Numbered from the stretch's first letter, positions 1 through 9,859 are shown. The stretch is DNA of 64,000 nt from Balneolales bacterium (GCA_024711145.1 JANJTJ010000093.1:4806-68805); one strand, 5' to 3'. Numbers and translations: made by a program. The notes: a model not told the origin generated them from the sequence alone.

Positions 1-900
1 AATGACCACCACCAGGGGCAGGATCAGTTTCAGGAAGGCGGCGAAGAGCAGGCCTTTCTGGGCTTCGGCCAGGTTTTTGGCGGCCAGGGCCCGTTGGATG
101 ATGTACTGGTTGAAGCCCCAATAGTACACGTTGGCCACCCACATGCCGCCGATGAGCACGGCGATGCCGGGCAGATTGTCGAACTCGGCATGGGATCGGT
201 CCAGGATCATGTGGAAGTGCGTGGGTGCCGCCTCGCGCAGCACGGCCCAGCCGGCCAGGATGCCTCCCGCGGGGGCTAGGGCGTCCAGGGCGATGGCCGT
301 GGTAAGCAACCCGCCGATGAGCAGCAGCACCACCTGGGCCACGTCGGTCCAGGCCACGGCCGTAAGCCCGCCCCAGATGGAGTAGGCGGCGGCCAGGAAC
401 CCGAGGAAGAGCAGGCCAGGTACCACCCAGGCGCCGTCGCCCACCCCGATGATGGTGTCCATGGCTTTGGCGCCCAGGTACATCACCGACGTCAGGTTCA
501 CGAAAACGAACAGGGCCAGCCAGAATACCGCCAGGATGGTCTTGAGCGTGCCGTCGTACCGTTGTTCGATGAATTGGGGAATGGTGTAGAGCCCTTTTTC
601 GATGAACACGGGCAGGAAGAACTTGGCCACCAGGATGAGCGTGACGGCCGCCATCCATTCGTAACTGGCGATGGCCAGCCCGATGGCGAACCCGGAGCCC
701 GACATGCCGATGAATTGTTCGGCCGATATGTTGGCCGCTATGAGCGACGCCCCGATGGCCCACCAGGGTAAGGCGTTGCCCGCCAGGAAGTAATCGTTCG
801 AATTGGTGGTATGGCCTTTTTTGGTTCGGGAGAACCATAGACCCAACGAGACGATGCCGACGATGTAGGTGCCGAATACGGCCCAATCGAGTGGTTGCAT
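1..900 (-). CDS. Sodium:solute symporter (SSS/SGLT family), N-terminal 300 codons; C-terminus lies beyond the window edge
   Basis: Manual reverse-strand translation from ATG (complement of 898-900) reads MQPLDWAVFGTYIVGIVSLGLWFSRTKKGHTTNSNDYFLAGNALPWWAIGASLIAANISAEQFIGMSGSGFAIGLAIASYEWMAAV... It stays open to position 1. This is the typical SSS N-terminal signature with multiple TM helices. It is missing from the ORF track because it has no stop inside the window. Confidence 0.85.
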   Translation of the reverse strand, partial: MQPLDWAVFGTYIVGIVSLGLWFSRTKKGHTTNSNDYFLAGNALPWWAIGASLIAANISAEQFIGMSGSGFAIGLAIASYEWMAAVTLILVAKFFLPVFIEKGLYTIPQFIEQRYDGTLKTILAVFWLALFVFVNLTSVMYLGAKAMDTIIGVGDGAWVVPGLLFLGFLAAAYSIWGGLTAVAWTDVAQVVLLLIGGLLTTAIALDALAPAGGILAGWAVLREAAPTHFHMILDRSHAEFDNLPGIAVLIGGMWVANVYYWGFNQYIIQRALAAKNLAEAQKGLLFAAFLKLILPLVVVI

Positions 901-966
901 GGCGGGCGGATAAGGATTTGATGGGGTTCCGTAGGGAATATGGGCATATTTTAGGGCTTTCCCGAT

Positions 967-2076
967 ATGTCGCCCGCACACCGGTATTTGCTCGTCTTGA
1001 TTTGGCTCGTGCCGGTCCTCTCCCAGGCCCGCCCCGATAGCACCGTCGCTTATGGTTGGTTGCCCATTGTCAGTTTCAATACCGACGACGGGTTCATCGG
1101 CGGGCTCGAGATGCAACGGTTCGATTACCGGGGCATGCGCCCCTTTCGGTCCTTCACCCGCCTCACCACCTATGCCACCGGTGCGGGTGCCTACACCATA
1201 TCCGGGTTGTGGGACCGCCCTTCCGCCTTCGGCACGGACCTGCGCCTCGCCCTGGACCTGCATCTGTCCCGCTTCGATGGGAATTTCTATCCCGGTCTGA
1301 GTCGGTCCCATCCCTGGGTGGATGCCTTGGCCGACACCGGCGACCATTTCCGGTTCGGCACCCGGTCGGTCAACCTGGGGGCGGCCATCCGGTTGCCATT
1401 GCAGGATCTCGGCGACCTGAAAACCGGGTTCCGCTGGCACTACGACCGGCCGGTGAACCGCACACCGGGCGGGTTCATGAATACCGAAAGGCCCTCCGGT
1501 TGGGATGGAAGCCGTCTGCTCCTGCTCGAAACCGGGTGGGTGCGCGACCGCCGCGACTCCGAGTTCCGCGCCGACCGCGGACATCGGATCGATGCGGGAC
1601 TTGCCTGGGCCCTGCCGGCCGCAAGTACGCATCGGGCCGCCTTACTGCAGATGGACCTGCGCAATTACCAGGCCCTCAACCGCTCGGACCAGCGTCCGGT
1701 CTGGGCGGCGATGCGTTTGAAATACCAGCAGGTATTCGGCGACGCGCCCTTCTGGATGGTTCCCTCGGTAGGTGGACGCGACACCGTGCGCGGCATCCCG
1801 TGGCGCCGGTTCGTGGCCGAATCGGTAGCCTCGGCCAATGTGGACCTCCGCAGTTGGCTGATACGCCTTCCTGATTGGAAGCTTGAAGGTGGCCTGAGCC
1901 TCTTCGCCGATGCCGCCCTGCTCGATGCCGCCCGCCCGGCCGACCATGCCTGGGTCGGTGCGGTGGGTGTGGGTGGCATGGCCTCCGTTTTTACCCCCGA
2001 TTTCATCCTCACCTACGAACTCGGCTTTTCCGCTTACGGAACCGCCCTTTATCTCGGGTCCGCGCTCGCGTTCTGA
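967..2076 (+). CDS. Outer-membrane beta-barrel, Omp85/surface-antigen (D15)-like, without POTRA domains
   Basis: Signal peptide MSPAHRYLLVLIWLVPVLSQA. GGRDTVRGIPWRRF resembles the conserved Omp85 loop-6 (V/I)RG(F/Y) motif. The C-terminus ...GSALAF ends in an aromatic residue, as in OM barrels. At 369 aa it is too short for POTRA repeats. Stop TGA 2074-2076 directly abuts the next ATG at 2077. Confidence 0.6.
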   Translation: MSPAHRYLLVLIWLVPVLSQARPDSTVAYGWLPIVSFNTDDGFIGGLEMQRFDYRGMRPFRSFTRLTTYATGAGAYTISGLWDRPSAFGTDLRLALDLHLSRFDGNFYPGLSRSHPWVDALADTGDHFRFGTRSVNLGAAIRLPLQDLGDLKTGFRWHYDRPVNRTPGGFMNTERPSGWDGSRLLLLETGWVRDRRDSEFRADRGHRIDAGLAWALPAASTHRAALLQMDLRNYQALNRSDQRPVWAAMRLKYQQVFGDAPFWMVPSVGGRDTVRGIPWRRFVAESVASANVDLRSWLIRLPDWKLEGGLSLFADAALLDAARPADHAWVGAVGVGGMASVFTPDFILTYELGFSAYGTALYLGSALAF

Positions 2077-3576
2077 ATGCTCATCGACCTGCTCGCCGGC
2101 ACCACCGGTTCCATCCTCGTCCTCATCCTGTATACCATCGGCGTCCTGTTGGTGATGGGGTATTCCGTGGGCCAGTTCCACCTGGTCTATTATTATCTGA
2201 AATACCGGAAAGACCCCGCCCGGCACCCGGCCCTGCCCGAAGTGGCACCGGAGGATCTGCCCACCGTCACCGTGCAGATCCCCATGTACAACGAACTGCA
2301 TGTGGCGGCCCAGGTGATCGATGCCTGCGCCGGTCTGGACTACCCCCGGCACAAGTTGGAGATCCAGGTACTGGACGATTCCACCGATGGTACCGTCGGC
2401 ATCGTGGACGAACGGGCGGTCTATTGGCGGGCACAAGGCATGGATGTAACGGTTTTCCGCCGGCCTACGCGCACCGGGTACAAAGCCGGAGCCCTGGCCG
2501 AAGCCACACCGTCCGCGAAAGGAGATGTCATTGCCATCTTCGATGCCGATTTCAGACCCCAACCCGACTTCCTGCTGCGCACGGCGCCCTATTTCGTGCG
2601 GCCCGAAGTGGGCATGGTGCAAGCCCGGTGGGGGCATATCAACCGCGGGTATTCGCTGATCACCCGTGCCCAATCGCTCCTGCACGACGCGTTCTTCATG
2701 GTGGAGCAGGAAACCCGCCACCGGGCCGGGTTCTTCATCCGGTTCAACGGGTCGGCCGGGTTGTGGCGCAAAAGCGCCATAGCCGACGCCGGCGGGTGGC
2801 AGCACGACACCATCTCCGAAGATTTCGACCTCTGCCTGAGGGCCCAGCTGCGCGGGTGGAAATTCCTCTATGTGAAGGATGTGGAAGCCCCGGCCGAACT
2901 GCCGGTCACCGTGCACGACTACAAGGTGCAGCAGTACCGGTGGACCAAGGGCAGGGGGCAGGTGATCCGCAAGATGTTGGGACCCTTGTGGAAAGCCGAC
3001 CTGCCGGGCATGGTGAAATTCCATGCCGTGTTCGACCTGCTGAATGTGGCCATCATACCCGGCATCTTCATCATCGCACTCACCAGTCTGTGGTTCATCG
3101 TGGCCTTGGACCGCAACCCCTGGATGTTCACCTTCGCGGCCCTGTTCGGCATCTCCCAGATCAACATCGTACTGGTGCCCTTTTTCAGCTGGGTGGCCTG
3201 CAGCCATTACGGCAAGCGATTCACCGGTACCCTCAAGGAATTCCTGACCACCTTTCCACCCTTCGTGTTCCTGCTGGTCGGTTCCACCTTCATGATGTGC
3301 GTGGCCTTGGCCGACGGGTTCCGGAACCGGAGCAGCGCCGTGTTCCATCGCACCGCCAAATACAACATCACGCGGAAAACCGACACCTGGCGTTCCAAGC
3401 TGTATTCGCCTCGTGAGGTGGACCCTATCACCTGGTTCGAAGGTGCGTTGGCTGTTTATTTCATAGGCGGTATTTTCACCGACATCGCGTTCGGGTCCTG
3501 GGGGTTCCTACCCTTCCACATTTCCCTGAGCATCGGCTTCACCACCGTGTTCTTCCTATCAATGACCAAATCATGA
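2077..3576 (+). CDS. Integral-membrane processive family-2 glycosyltransferase (CslA/cellulose-synthase-like beta-glycan synthase)
   Basis: N-terminal TM helix, then a GT-A domain with VLDDSTD, FDADF (DxD), ISEDFD (TED-like) and QQYRWTKG (QxxRW), followed by several C-terminal TM helices. The 3' end overlaps the next start by 4 nt (ATGA at 3573-3576). Confidence 0.85.
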   Translation: MLIDLLAGTTGSILVLILYTIGVLLVMGYSVGQFHLVYYYLKYRKDPARHPALPEVAPEDLPTVTVQIPMYNELHVAAQVIDACAGLDYPRHKLEIQVLDDSTDGTVGIVDERAVYWRAQGMDVTVFRRPTRTGYKAGALAEATPSAKGDVIAIFDADFRPQPDFLLRTAPYFVRPEVGMVQARWGHINRGYSLITRAQSLLHDAFFMVEQETRHRAGFFIRFNGSAGLWRKSAIADAGGWQHDTISEDFDLCLRAQLRGWKFLYVKDVEAPAELPVTVHDYKVQQYRWTKGRGQVIRKMLGPLWKADLPGMVKFHAVFDLLNVAIIPGIFIIALTSLWFIVALDRNPWMFTFAALFGISQINIVLVPFFSWVACSHYGKRFTGTLKEFLTTFPPFVFLLVGSTFMMCVALADGFRNRSSAVFHRTAKYNITRKTDTWRSKLYSPREVDPITWFEGALAVYFIGGIFTDIAFGSWGFLPFHISLSIGFTTVFFLSMTKS

Positions 3577-4703
3577 CCACCTTCGAATGGATCGTGGCCG
3601 GCTGGGTGGCCTTCTACTTCGTGCTGATGTGGGGGCTGATCGGCGGGTTGCTCCGGTTGAAGCGGTCGGTGCCCCTGGCCCAGGCCGATAGTCCGCCCGT
3701 TACCGTGCTGGTGAGCGCCCGCAACGAGGAACGGGACCTGCCGGGCTGCCTGGAGTCGTTGGCCCGGTTGGATTACCCGGCCGGCAAGTTGGACATCGTA
3801 CTGGTGAACGACCAAAGCGACGACCGCACGGGTGCCCTGATGGAGGCTTTCGCGGCCGCGCATGCGCATGTGACCGTACTGCACACGAGGGACCTGCCCC
3901 CCAACGGCCTGGAGGCCAAGGCCCGCGGCATCGCCCACGGGTTCACGCGGTGCACCGGCGAATGGGTCTTCATCACCGATGCCGACGCTCGCGTGCATCC
4001 GGCCTGGGTGCGCAACACCCTGGGCCGGGTGGATGGGCGCATCGGCATGGCGGGCGGGTCCTTGGTCATCGCCGCCGATTCCTGGATCGGCATCATCGAG
4101 CGCACCTCCTGGGCCTTCGTGCAGATGTTCAACCTGGGTATGGCCGGTTGGGGCTTCCCCTTCGTGTGCCTGGGGCCGAACATGGCCATGCGCCGCGACA
4201 TCTACGTGAAAGCGGGTGGGCTCGAAAACGCCGATTTCCATGTGGCCGAAGACCTGGCCCTGTTCAAGATGGTCATCAACCAGGGCTACCGCATCCAATG
4301 CTACATGGATGAGGAGACTACCGCCACCCTCAAGCCGGTTCCCACCTTCCGGCATCTGTTCAGCCAGCAGCGGCGGTGGTTCGGCGGCGGCATCCAGCAA
4401 GGGTGGGATTATTTCATCATCCTGATGGCCTCGTTCTGGTGGGGTTTCGGGTTGCTGCTGTTCATTCTGCTCGGGTGGCTGCTGCATCCCGGACTTTGGG
4501 CGCTGGTCGTGGTAGGCAAGGCCCTCACCGAAGGCGTGATTCTGGTACTGCAACGCCGCCGCATGAATCTGCCCCACCACCTGCGGTACCTTTGGGTGAT
4601 GGAACTGTACCACATCTTCGTGTTTCTGGTGCTGCCGGCTTCCTTCCTGTTCACCCGCAAAGTGAAATGGATGGGCGACGGCTACTCCGTGCAGTACGAT
4701 TGA
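3573..4703 (+). CDS. Second integral-membrane processive family-2 glycosyltransferase
   Basis: N-terminal TM helix (WIVAGWVAFYFVLMWGLIGGLL). Motifs NDQSDD, TDADA, VAEDLA and QQRRWFGG (QxxRW), plus C-terminal TM helices. Its stop TGA 4701-4703 overlaps the next ATG 4703-4705. Confidence 0.8.
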   Translation: MTTFEWIVAGWVAFYFVLMWGLIGGLLRLKRSVPLAQADSPPVTVLVSARNEERDLPGCLESLARLDYPAGKLDIVLVNDQSDDRTGALMEAFAAAHAHVTVLHTRDLPPNGLEAKARGIAHGFTRCTGEWVFITDADARVHPAWVRNTLGRVDGRIGMAGGSLVIAADSWIGIIERTSWAFVQMFNLGMAGWGFPFVCLGPNMAMRRDIYVKAGGLENADFHVAEDLALFKMVINQGYRIQCYMDEETTATLKPVPTFRHLFSQQRRWFGGGIQQGWDYFIILMASFWWGFGLLLFILLGWLLHPGLWALVVVGKALTEGVILVLQRRRMNLPHHLRYLWVMELYHIFVFLVLPASFLFTRKVKWMGDGYSVQYD

Positions 4704-6352
4704 TGCCTATGCGCAAACGCCTGTTGGTGCTGCTTTTCCTGATGCCGATGGCGGTGGCCGCCCAGAGCTCCCTGGTGCCGGTTACCCACCCGGTGTACGA
4801 CTGGCTGCTCACGCAGCGGGTGGCGGGGCGCGTTCCTACCTATCAGCACGAGGTGCGTCCGCATAGCCGGGGCGAAATCCTGGGGCAGCTGCGCCGTCTG
4901 GAGACCATGCCCTTGTCGGCCTCCGACCGGGCCATCCGGGACGAGTTTCTGATGGAGTTCGACATCGACCGCCTGCGCGGCAACCGGTTGGACGCCGTGG
5001 ACGTGCTTACCGGCTTGCCCAGGTCCCTGCCGCGCAACATCCGGGCCCGCACCGAGCCCTTCCTGTATGCCGGCGGCAGTTCCGAGAGCGCCTTCCACGG
5101 CGCCGTGAACGTGAACATCGGGCTGGCCCAGCTCAACCGGTTCCGGGCCGGTGCCGATGCCGGCAGCTATGTGGCCACCAAAGGCATCCGCGCTTTCGTG
5201 AACAGCAAGTCGGGCTGGGGCCTGCTCCTGGAAGCCGACAATGCGGCTTTCTTCGGTGAGCGGGAGCTCTTCCAACGCGACGACCGCTGGGGGTACGGCT
5301 ACGGCCTGAACGTGGACTCCAACTTCTCCAGCTACAGTACCGAGGCCTTCGTCTCTTTTGCCGGAAACCGGTGGAACGTGGATTTCGGTGCGGGTACCCA
5401 GGCCATGGGTGTGGGCGTGCAAGATCCGCTCATGATCCGTGCCAACGCGCCGGCCACCGACTTCCTCCGGTTCCGCATCGGAACGCCCACCCTGAATCTC
5501 CTCTTCCTGCATGCGGGGCTCTTCGCCGAGCCCTCCTTCGGCACCATGCCCTATGCCGGAGACAGCATCCGCATCAAGACCACACCCCAGCGCTGGTTGG
5601 CCGCCCACCGGCTCACCTGGATGCCCGACCCGCGCCTGTCGGTCTCCATCCACGAAATGGTGGTGTACAGCTCCCGGGGTCCGGACCCGGCCTACCTCAA
5701 TTTCCTCAATCCCTATCTCTTCGCCGAGATCGACAACGGCGACCGCGACAACAATTTCGCGGGCATGGATGTGGTGATGAGGCCCCTACCCGGCACGGAA
5801 TGGTTGGGTGGTTTGCTGATCGACGATCTGGACGGCCTGAGCAGTCTGTGGAACGAGGAGCACACCAAAGTGGCCTATGTACTGGGCTGGCGGCAACTGC
5901 TGCCTGGGGCCGTGAGGGCCGAGTTCGGTTACACCCGCGCCGACGCCTGGACCTACACCCACTGGATGCGCCTGAACACCCTGGAGCAACGGGGGCGGCC
6001 CCTGGGGCCCGAGCTGGGGCCCAACCATGAGGAATATGTACTGAAACTGACCCGTTGGTTGCCCTGGCGTACCCGGTTGACCGCCGGCCTGGGGTTGCGC
6101 AAGAAGGGGCTGAATCCGCCGGGCACCAATGTGGGAGGGGACTTGCTCGAGGGCGAAGCGGCCACCGTGGTGGGGGTGCCTTTGTACCGGGGGGCCCAGG
6201 TTCAGGCCGCCCGGGTATGGGAGCTGGATCTGGAGAGCGAGCCCATACGCGGGCTGAACCTCTCGCTGGCCATCGAGGACCTGCGCGTGACCCGGGGCGA
6301 CCGTTGGGCATCGGAACGGTACCTGGATTTCCGCCTCCGTTACGGGTTCTGA
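4703..6352 (+). CDS. Wzi-like (capsule assembly family) outer-membrane protein, putative
   Basis: I chose the internal start of track ORF 4376-6352. It gives the signal peptide MPMRKRLLVLLFLMPMAVAAQS. The N-terminal PVTHPVYDWLLTQRVAG...RPHSRGEILGQLRRLE resembles the helical N-terminus of Wzi-family proteins as I remember it. The rest is beta-rich and ends RLRYGF (aromatic terminus). Confidence 0.5.
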   Translation: MPMRKRLLVLLFLMPMAVAAQSSLVPVTHPVYDWLLTQRVAGRVPTYQHEVRPHSRGEILGQLRRLETMPLSASDRAIRDEFLMEFDIDRLRGNRLDAVDVLTGLPRSLPRNIRARTEPFLYAGGSSESAFHGAVNVNIGLAQLNRFRAGADAGSYVATKGIRAFVNSKSGWGLLLEADNAAFFGERELFQRDDRWGYGYGLNVDSNFSSYSTEAFVSFAGNRWNVDFGAGTQAMGVGVQDPLMIRANAPATDFLRFRIGTPTLNLLFLHAGLFAEPSFGTMPYAGDSIRIKTTPQRWLAAHRLTWMPDPRLSVSIHEMVVYSSRGPDPAYLNFLNPYLFAEIDNGDRDNNFAGMDVVMRPLPGTEWLGGLLIDDLDGLSSLWNEEHTKVAYVLGWRQLLPGAVRAEFGYTRADAWTYTHWMRLNTLEQRGRPLGPELGPNHEEYVLKLTRWLPWRTRLTAGLGLRKKGLNPPGTNVGGDLLEGEAATVVGVPLYRGAQVQAARVWELDLESEPIRGLNLSLAIEDLRVTRGDRWASERYLDFRLRYGF

Positions 6353-6359
6353 AGCCGGC

Positions 6360-7013
6360 TCAGAAGAGCAGCCAGGAGCGGATGAGGCCGGTATCGAGCC
6401 CTTTGCGCACGGCCTGGGTTTTCGAGTTCACCTGCAGCTTCCGGTAGATGTTGCGTATGTGGTAGCGAACCCCGTCCTCGCTCAGGTGAACGGCCCGCCC
6501 GATGGCGGCATAGGACCGGCCCGATGCCATGGCTTCCAATATTTGCCGTTCGCGCTCGGTGAGCAGTTCGGTGGCGGCCGTGGGGGGGCGGCTGTGGAAC
6601 CGCTCGATCACGCGGCGGGCGATGTTCGGCGTGAGGGGGGAGCCGCCGGCTACGGCCGACTTCAAGGCCGCGATGATTTCCTCGGGGGTCGATTTTTTGA
6701 GGATGTAGCCCACGGCACCGGCTTCCAACGCGTCGAAAATGTGGGTGTCATCGTCGAAAACGGTCGCCATCACGATGGGCAGGTCGGGCTTTTGAGCCCG
6801 GAAGTGGCGAACCCCTTCGATACCGTTCATACCGGGCAGGCCGATGTCCAGAAGAACGACATCGCAACGGGCGGGGGCACCCGCCGCGATGGCGTCTTCG
6901 CAGGAACCGAAGGCCTCCACACGGGAGAAATCGGCTTCTTTTTCCAGAAAGGACATCCACCCCTCGCGCAGGTAGCGGTTGTCTTCGATGAGTAGGATGC
7001 GGGTCTGGCTCAT
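6360..7013 (-). CDS. Two-component response regulator, NarL/FixJ (LuxR HTH) family
   Basis: Start MSQTRILLIEDN (CAT at 7011-7013). Receiver motifs VVLLDIGLPGMNG and GYILK, and C-terminal LTERERQILEAMASGRSYAAIG...VRYHIRNIYRKLQV. The longer track ORF to 7460 overlaps the kinase gene. Confidence 0.9.
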   Translation of the reverse strand: MSQTRILLIEDNRYLREGWMSFLEKEADFSRVEAFGSCEDAIAAGAPARCDVVLLDIGLPGMNGIEGVRHFRAQKPDLPIVMATVFDDDTHIFDALEAGAVGYILKKSTPEEIIAALKSAVAGGSPLTPNIARRVIERFHSRPPTAATELLTERERQILEAMASGRSYAAIGRAVHLSEDGVRYHIRNIYRKLQVNSKTQAVRKGLDTGLIRSWLLF

Positions 7014-7021
7014 GGTCCAGG

Positions 7022-9859
7022 TTACGAAGTCAGGGGGTTGCGGCGCGCCTGCATGGTCATGCGGATGCGCCAATGGGTGCCCCGGCCGGGCGCGGTGGTC
7101 AGGAACACGTCGGCTCCCAGTTCCTCGGCCCGTTTGCGGATATTGCGCACGCCGTTGCCGTGCACCGATTCGGGATCGAAACCGCAGCCGTCGTCGCGCA
7201 CGTCCAGTTCGAGGCGGCCGTCGGTTTCGCGCAAGGAGATGTCGACCCGGGTGCCGCCGGCATGCCGCACCGAATTGGTGAGCAGTTCCTTGAACATGAG
7301 CCAGATGTGCTGGCGCCGCAGCATGTCGGGTTTGCCACCGGGCCTCGGTTCGAACACCAATGCGCCCTGCAGGCGGTTGCTCTCGAGCAGGTCGTCGGCA
7401 TACCGCCTGCATTTGGCGAACAGCGCCTCCCAATCGTCGTTTTCGGGGGTTATGGCCCACACGATGTCGGTGATCTTCTCTTTGGCGTCGCCGGCGCTCT
7501 CGGAGATGAGCCCCAGGTACTTGCCACCGTCGGTGCCGAGGTTGTCGGGCGGTATGGCCTGCGCGAAGTACCCGATGCTGCTGAGTGTGGCGCTCACTTC
7601 ATCATGCAGGTCCAATGCGATGCGGTTGCGCAGGTTGTACTCCCGCATGAGCCGCCGTACCCGGATGGTATAGATGCCCCAGAGCAGGATGCCGATACCG
7701 ATCGCATACAGGGTGTAGGCCCACCAGGTACGGTGCCAGGGGGGCTTGATGATGAAGGCGACGGAGGTTTCGCGACCCGTGCGCCCGTACACGTCCATGG
7801 CCTGCACGCGGAACCGGTAGCTGCCTTCGGGCAGGTTGGTGTAATCCTTGCGCGATTCGGCCGACCACCCGCTCCAGTCCGGTTCGAAGCCCTCCAGATG
7901 GTACCTGTACCGCGTGCCGGCGGGGTCGGCATAGGTGGCCGCGGCATATTCGAAGCGCAGGCCGTTGTCGCGGTAGGGGAACACGTAGGTGCCCGGCGTA
8001 CCGTAGCCGCCCCAGATGAGGGAGTCGGGGCCGACGGACAACCGTGTGATGCGGGTGTTGAACAGCAGTTCGGGATGCCGGTCGGGATCGGTGATCTGAT
8101 ACACGCCGCCGAACATGGCCATCCACACGCCATTGGGTGCGCAGGCCAGTTCCTGGACCGACTCGCCCGCGCCGATGCGGGCATACGGCGTTGTGACGAG
8201 CTCCCCGCCGACCTGGCGGATGAGGCGTTGATTGCGGCGGTACCACCGCTCATTGCCGCATTCGAAGAAGACCGAGGCCGATACCGTATCCACCGCCGTG
8301 CCGAAGGGGCTGCCATGCACGAAGGAATCGAGCCGGGCCTGATAGCGTCGGAACCCGAAGGCCCCCGCCATCCAGAGGGTATCGCTCAGCACATTGATCT
8401 CATGGTAGCCGCTGGTGCCGGGCGCGCGGATGCCATAGGACTTCTGGCTACCATCGGGTTTGAGCAGGATGGGGCCGGTACTTACCGAGTTCAGCCATAT
8501 GCCTTCGGGCCTTACCAACAGGTTTTGTGTAGGTTGGGGCCACTCGCGGAGGGTCTGGATGCGGCCGCCCTCGAAGGGCATGCGGAAGAGCATGCTGTTT
8601 CTGATGCCTACCAGGTCTGCCGCTGCGACCCGGATCCAGCGCACGTCGCCGTCGGTCAGGCGGGTTGCCGTGGTACCCACCAGGCGGTAGGCGCCACCGG
8701 CTGTGGCGGCCCAGGCGGTGTCGCCCCGGGCATCGAGCCGGTACACCCGCCCGATGCCGGGTACGGCTTCGGGCCGGGGCGAGGGGCTCATGGCATCGAA
8801 CCGGTACAGACCGGCGGTGGTGCCGGCATAGACCTGGTTGCCGGCCCGGACCATGCTGGTGGGTGCACCGAGCAGGCCGTTCCGGCTGTCGTACATGCGT
8901 AGCGCGTAACCCAGGTCGGCCACCAGGATGCCGTTGTCGGTGGCGATCCACAACAGCCCCTCGGCATCGTGATGTACGTTGTAGATGGCGTTGGTGGGTA
9001 GCAGGTCGTCGCGCAGGTTGAGGATCATGCGACCCTCGGCGTCCATGATGAACACGCCGCCCGAAAGCGTGGCTATGGCGAAATGGCGGTCGCCGACGGG
9101 CGTTCCCCGGTAGGCCGGATGCTTCCGGAGGGAGTCGGCCATCTGGGAGGCGGTAGGGGTGAGGCCGTCCGCATCGAAACGGACCATGCCCCGCTGCCGG
9201 CTGAACAACCAGGTGAAATCGCCCCGATTCCAGGCCACGGTGAAAACTTCGGTCTGATCGGCAGAGGCGCCACCCGGCACGGGTCGGAAACCGTCGGGCG
9301 CCACCCGCTGCAGCCCGATGCCGACCCGATGCACCACTAACCCGGCATGGGTCTGCAGCAGCAACCCCATGCGCTCGGCCGAGGCGAGCGCCGCGACGGA
9401 GTCGCCCAGGGTATGGTAGAGCCGGTTCCGGGTTTGGAACCAGGTGGTTGGGCCGTCCGATGCGATGGAGCTGATGTCGCCCACGGGGTTGCCGTGCCAC
9501 AGCAGGTCGGGTAGCAAGGGCTTGGGCACCGGCCGCCCCAGGGAGTCGGCACCGATGCGTCCGAAATGGTGGGTGGCACCGTACCATAGGGTGCCGTCGG
9601 GGCCGGTGACCAACGCCCGCACGGCTTCGTCGCCGGTGATGGTGGCATAGCTCCACCGTTGGCCGTCGTATATGCCGAACCCGGTGGAGGAACCCACGAC
9701 CATGAGACCCGAGGTGTCGCGGGCCACCGACCAGAACTGCCGGAACAGCCGGGGTTCGGTCACCTCCACGGTGCGGATCACCGGCAAGCCCTGGGCGGAT
9801 ACCCCTTGGGCGCCGGCGAGCAGGAACCCCAGGAGCAACGCCCTGCCGCAACGGTTCAT
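7022..9859 (-). CDS. Sensor histidine kinase with periplasmic beta-propeller (Reg_prop) repeats and Y_Y_Y domain, HisKA_3 type
   Basis: Start MNRCGRALLLGFLLAGAQGVSAQ (CAT 9857-9859). Repeated ...G.LW.GT..G propeller units, Y_Y_Y-like YRYHLEGFEPDWSGW...YRFRVQA, and a TM helix WWAYTLYAIGIGILLWGIY. H-box RIALDLHDEVSATL and ATPase DDGCGF...GNGVRNIRKRAEELG. Confidence 0.85.
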   Translation of the reverse strand: MNRCGRALLLGFLLAGAQGVSAQGLPVIRTVEVTEPRLFRQFWSVARDTSGLMVVGSSTGFGIYDGQRWSYATITGDEAVRALVTGPDGTLWYGATHHFGRIGADSLGRPVPKPLLPDLLWHGNPVGDISSIASDGPTTWFQTRNRLYHTLGDSVAALASAERMGLLLQTHAGLVVHRVGIGLQRVAPDGFRPVPGGASADQTEVFTVAWNRGDFTWLFSRQRGMVRFDADGLTPTASQMADSLRKHPAYRGTPVGDRHFAIATLSGGVFIMDAEGRMILNLRDDLLPTNAIYNVHHDAEGLLWIATDNGILVADLGYALRMYDSRNGLLGAPTSMVRAGNQVYAGTTAGLYRFDAMSPSPRPEAVPGIGRVYRLDARGDTAWAATAGGAYRLVGTTATRLTDGDVRWIRVAAADLVGIRNSMLFRMPFEGGRIQTLREWPQPTQNLLVRPEGIWLNSVSTGPILLKPDGSQKSYGIRAPGTSGYHEINVLSDTLWMAGAFGFRRYQARLDSFVHGSPFGTAVDTVSASVFFECGNERWYRRNQRLIRQVGGELVTTPYARIGAGESVQELACAPNGVWMAMFGGVYQITDPDRHPELLFNTRITRLSVGPDSLIWGGYGTPGTYVFPYRDNGLRFEYAAATYADPAGTRYRYHLEGFEPDWSGWSAESRKDYTNLPEGSYRFRVQAMDVYGRTGRETSVAFIIKPPWHRTWWAYTLYAIGIGILLWGIYTIRVRRLMREYNLRNRIALDLHDEVSATLSSIGYFAQAIPPDNLGTDGGKYLGLISESAGDAKEKITDIVWAITPENDDWEALFAKCRRYADDLLESNRLQGALVFEPRPGGKPDMLRRQHIWLMFKELLTNSVRHAGGTRVDISLRETDGRLELDVRDDGCGFDPESVHGNGVRNIRKRAEELGADVFLTTAPGRGTHWRIRMTMQARRNPLTS

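Noticed and set aside
1642-3348. 568-aa minus-strand ORF covering the first glycosyltransferase gene
   Set aside because: It is antisense to a gene with clear GT2 motifs. Its translation is low-complexity G/H/P/E/Q/V-rich sequence with no recognisable domain. Long stop-free antisense frames are expected at this G+C.
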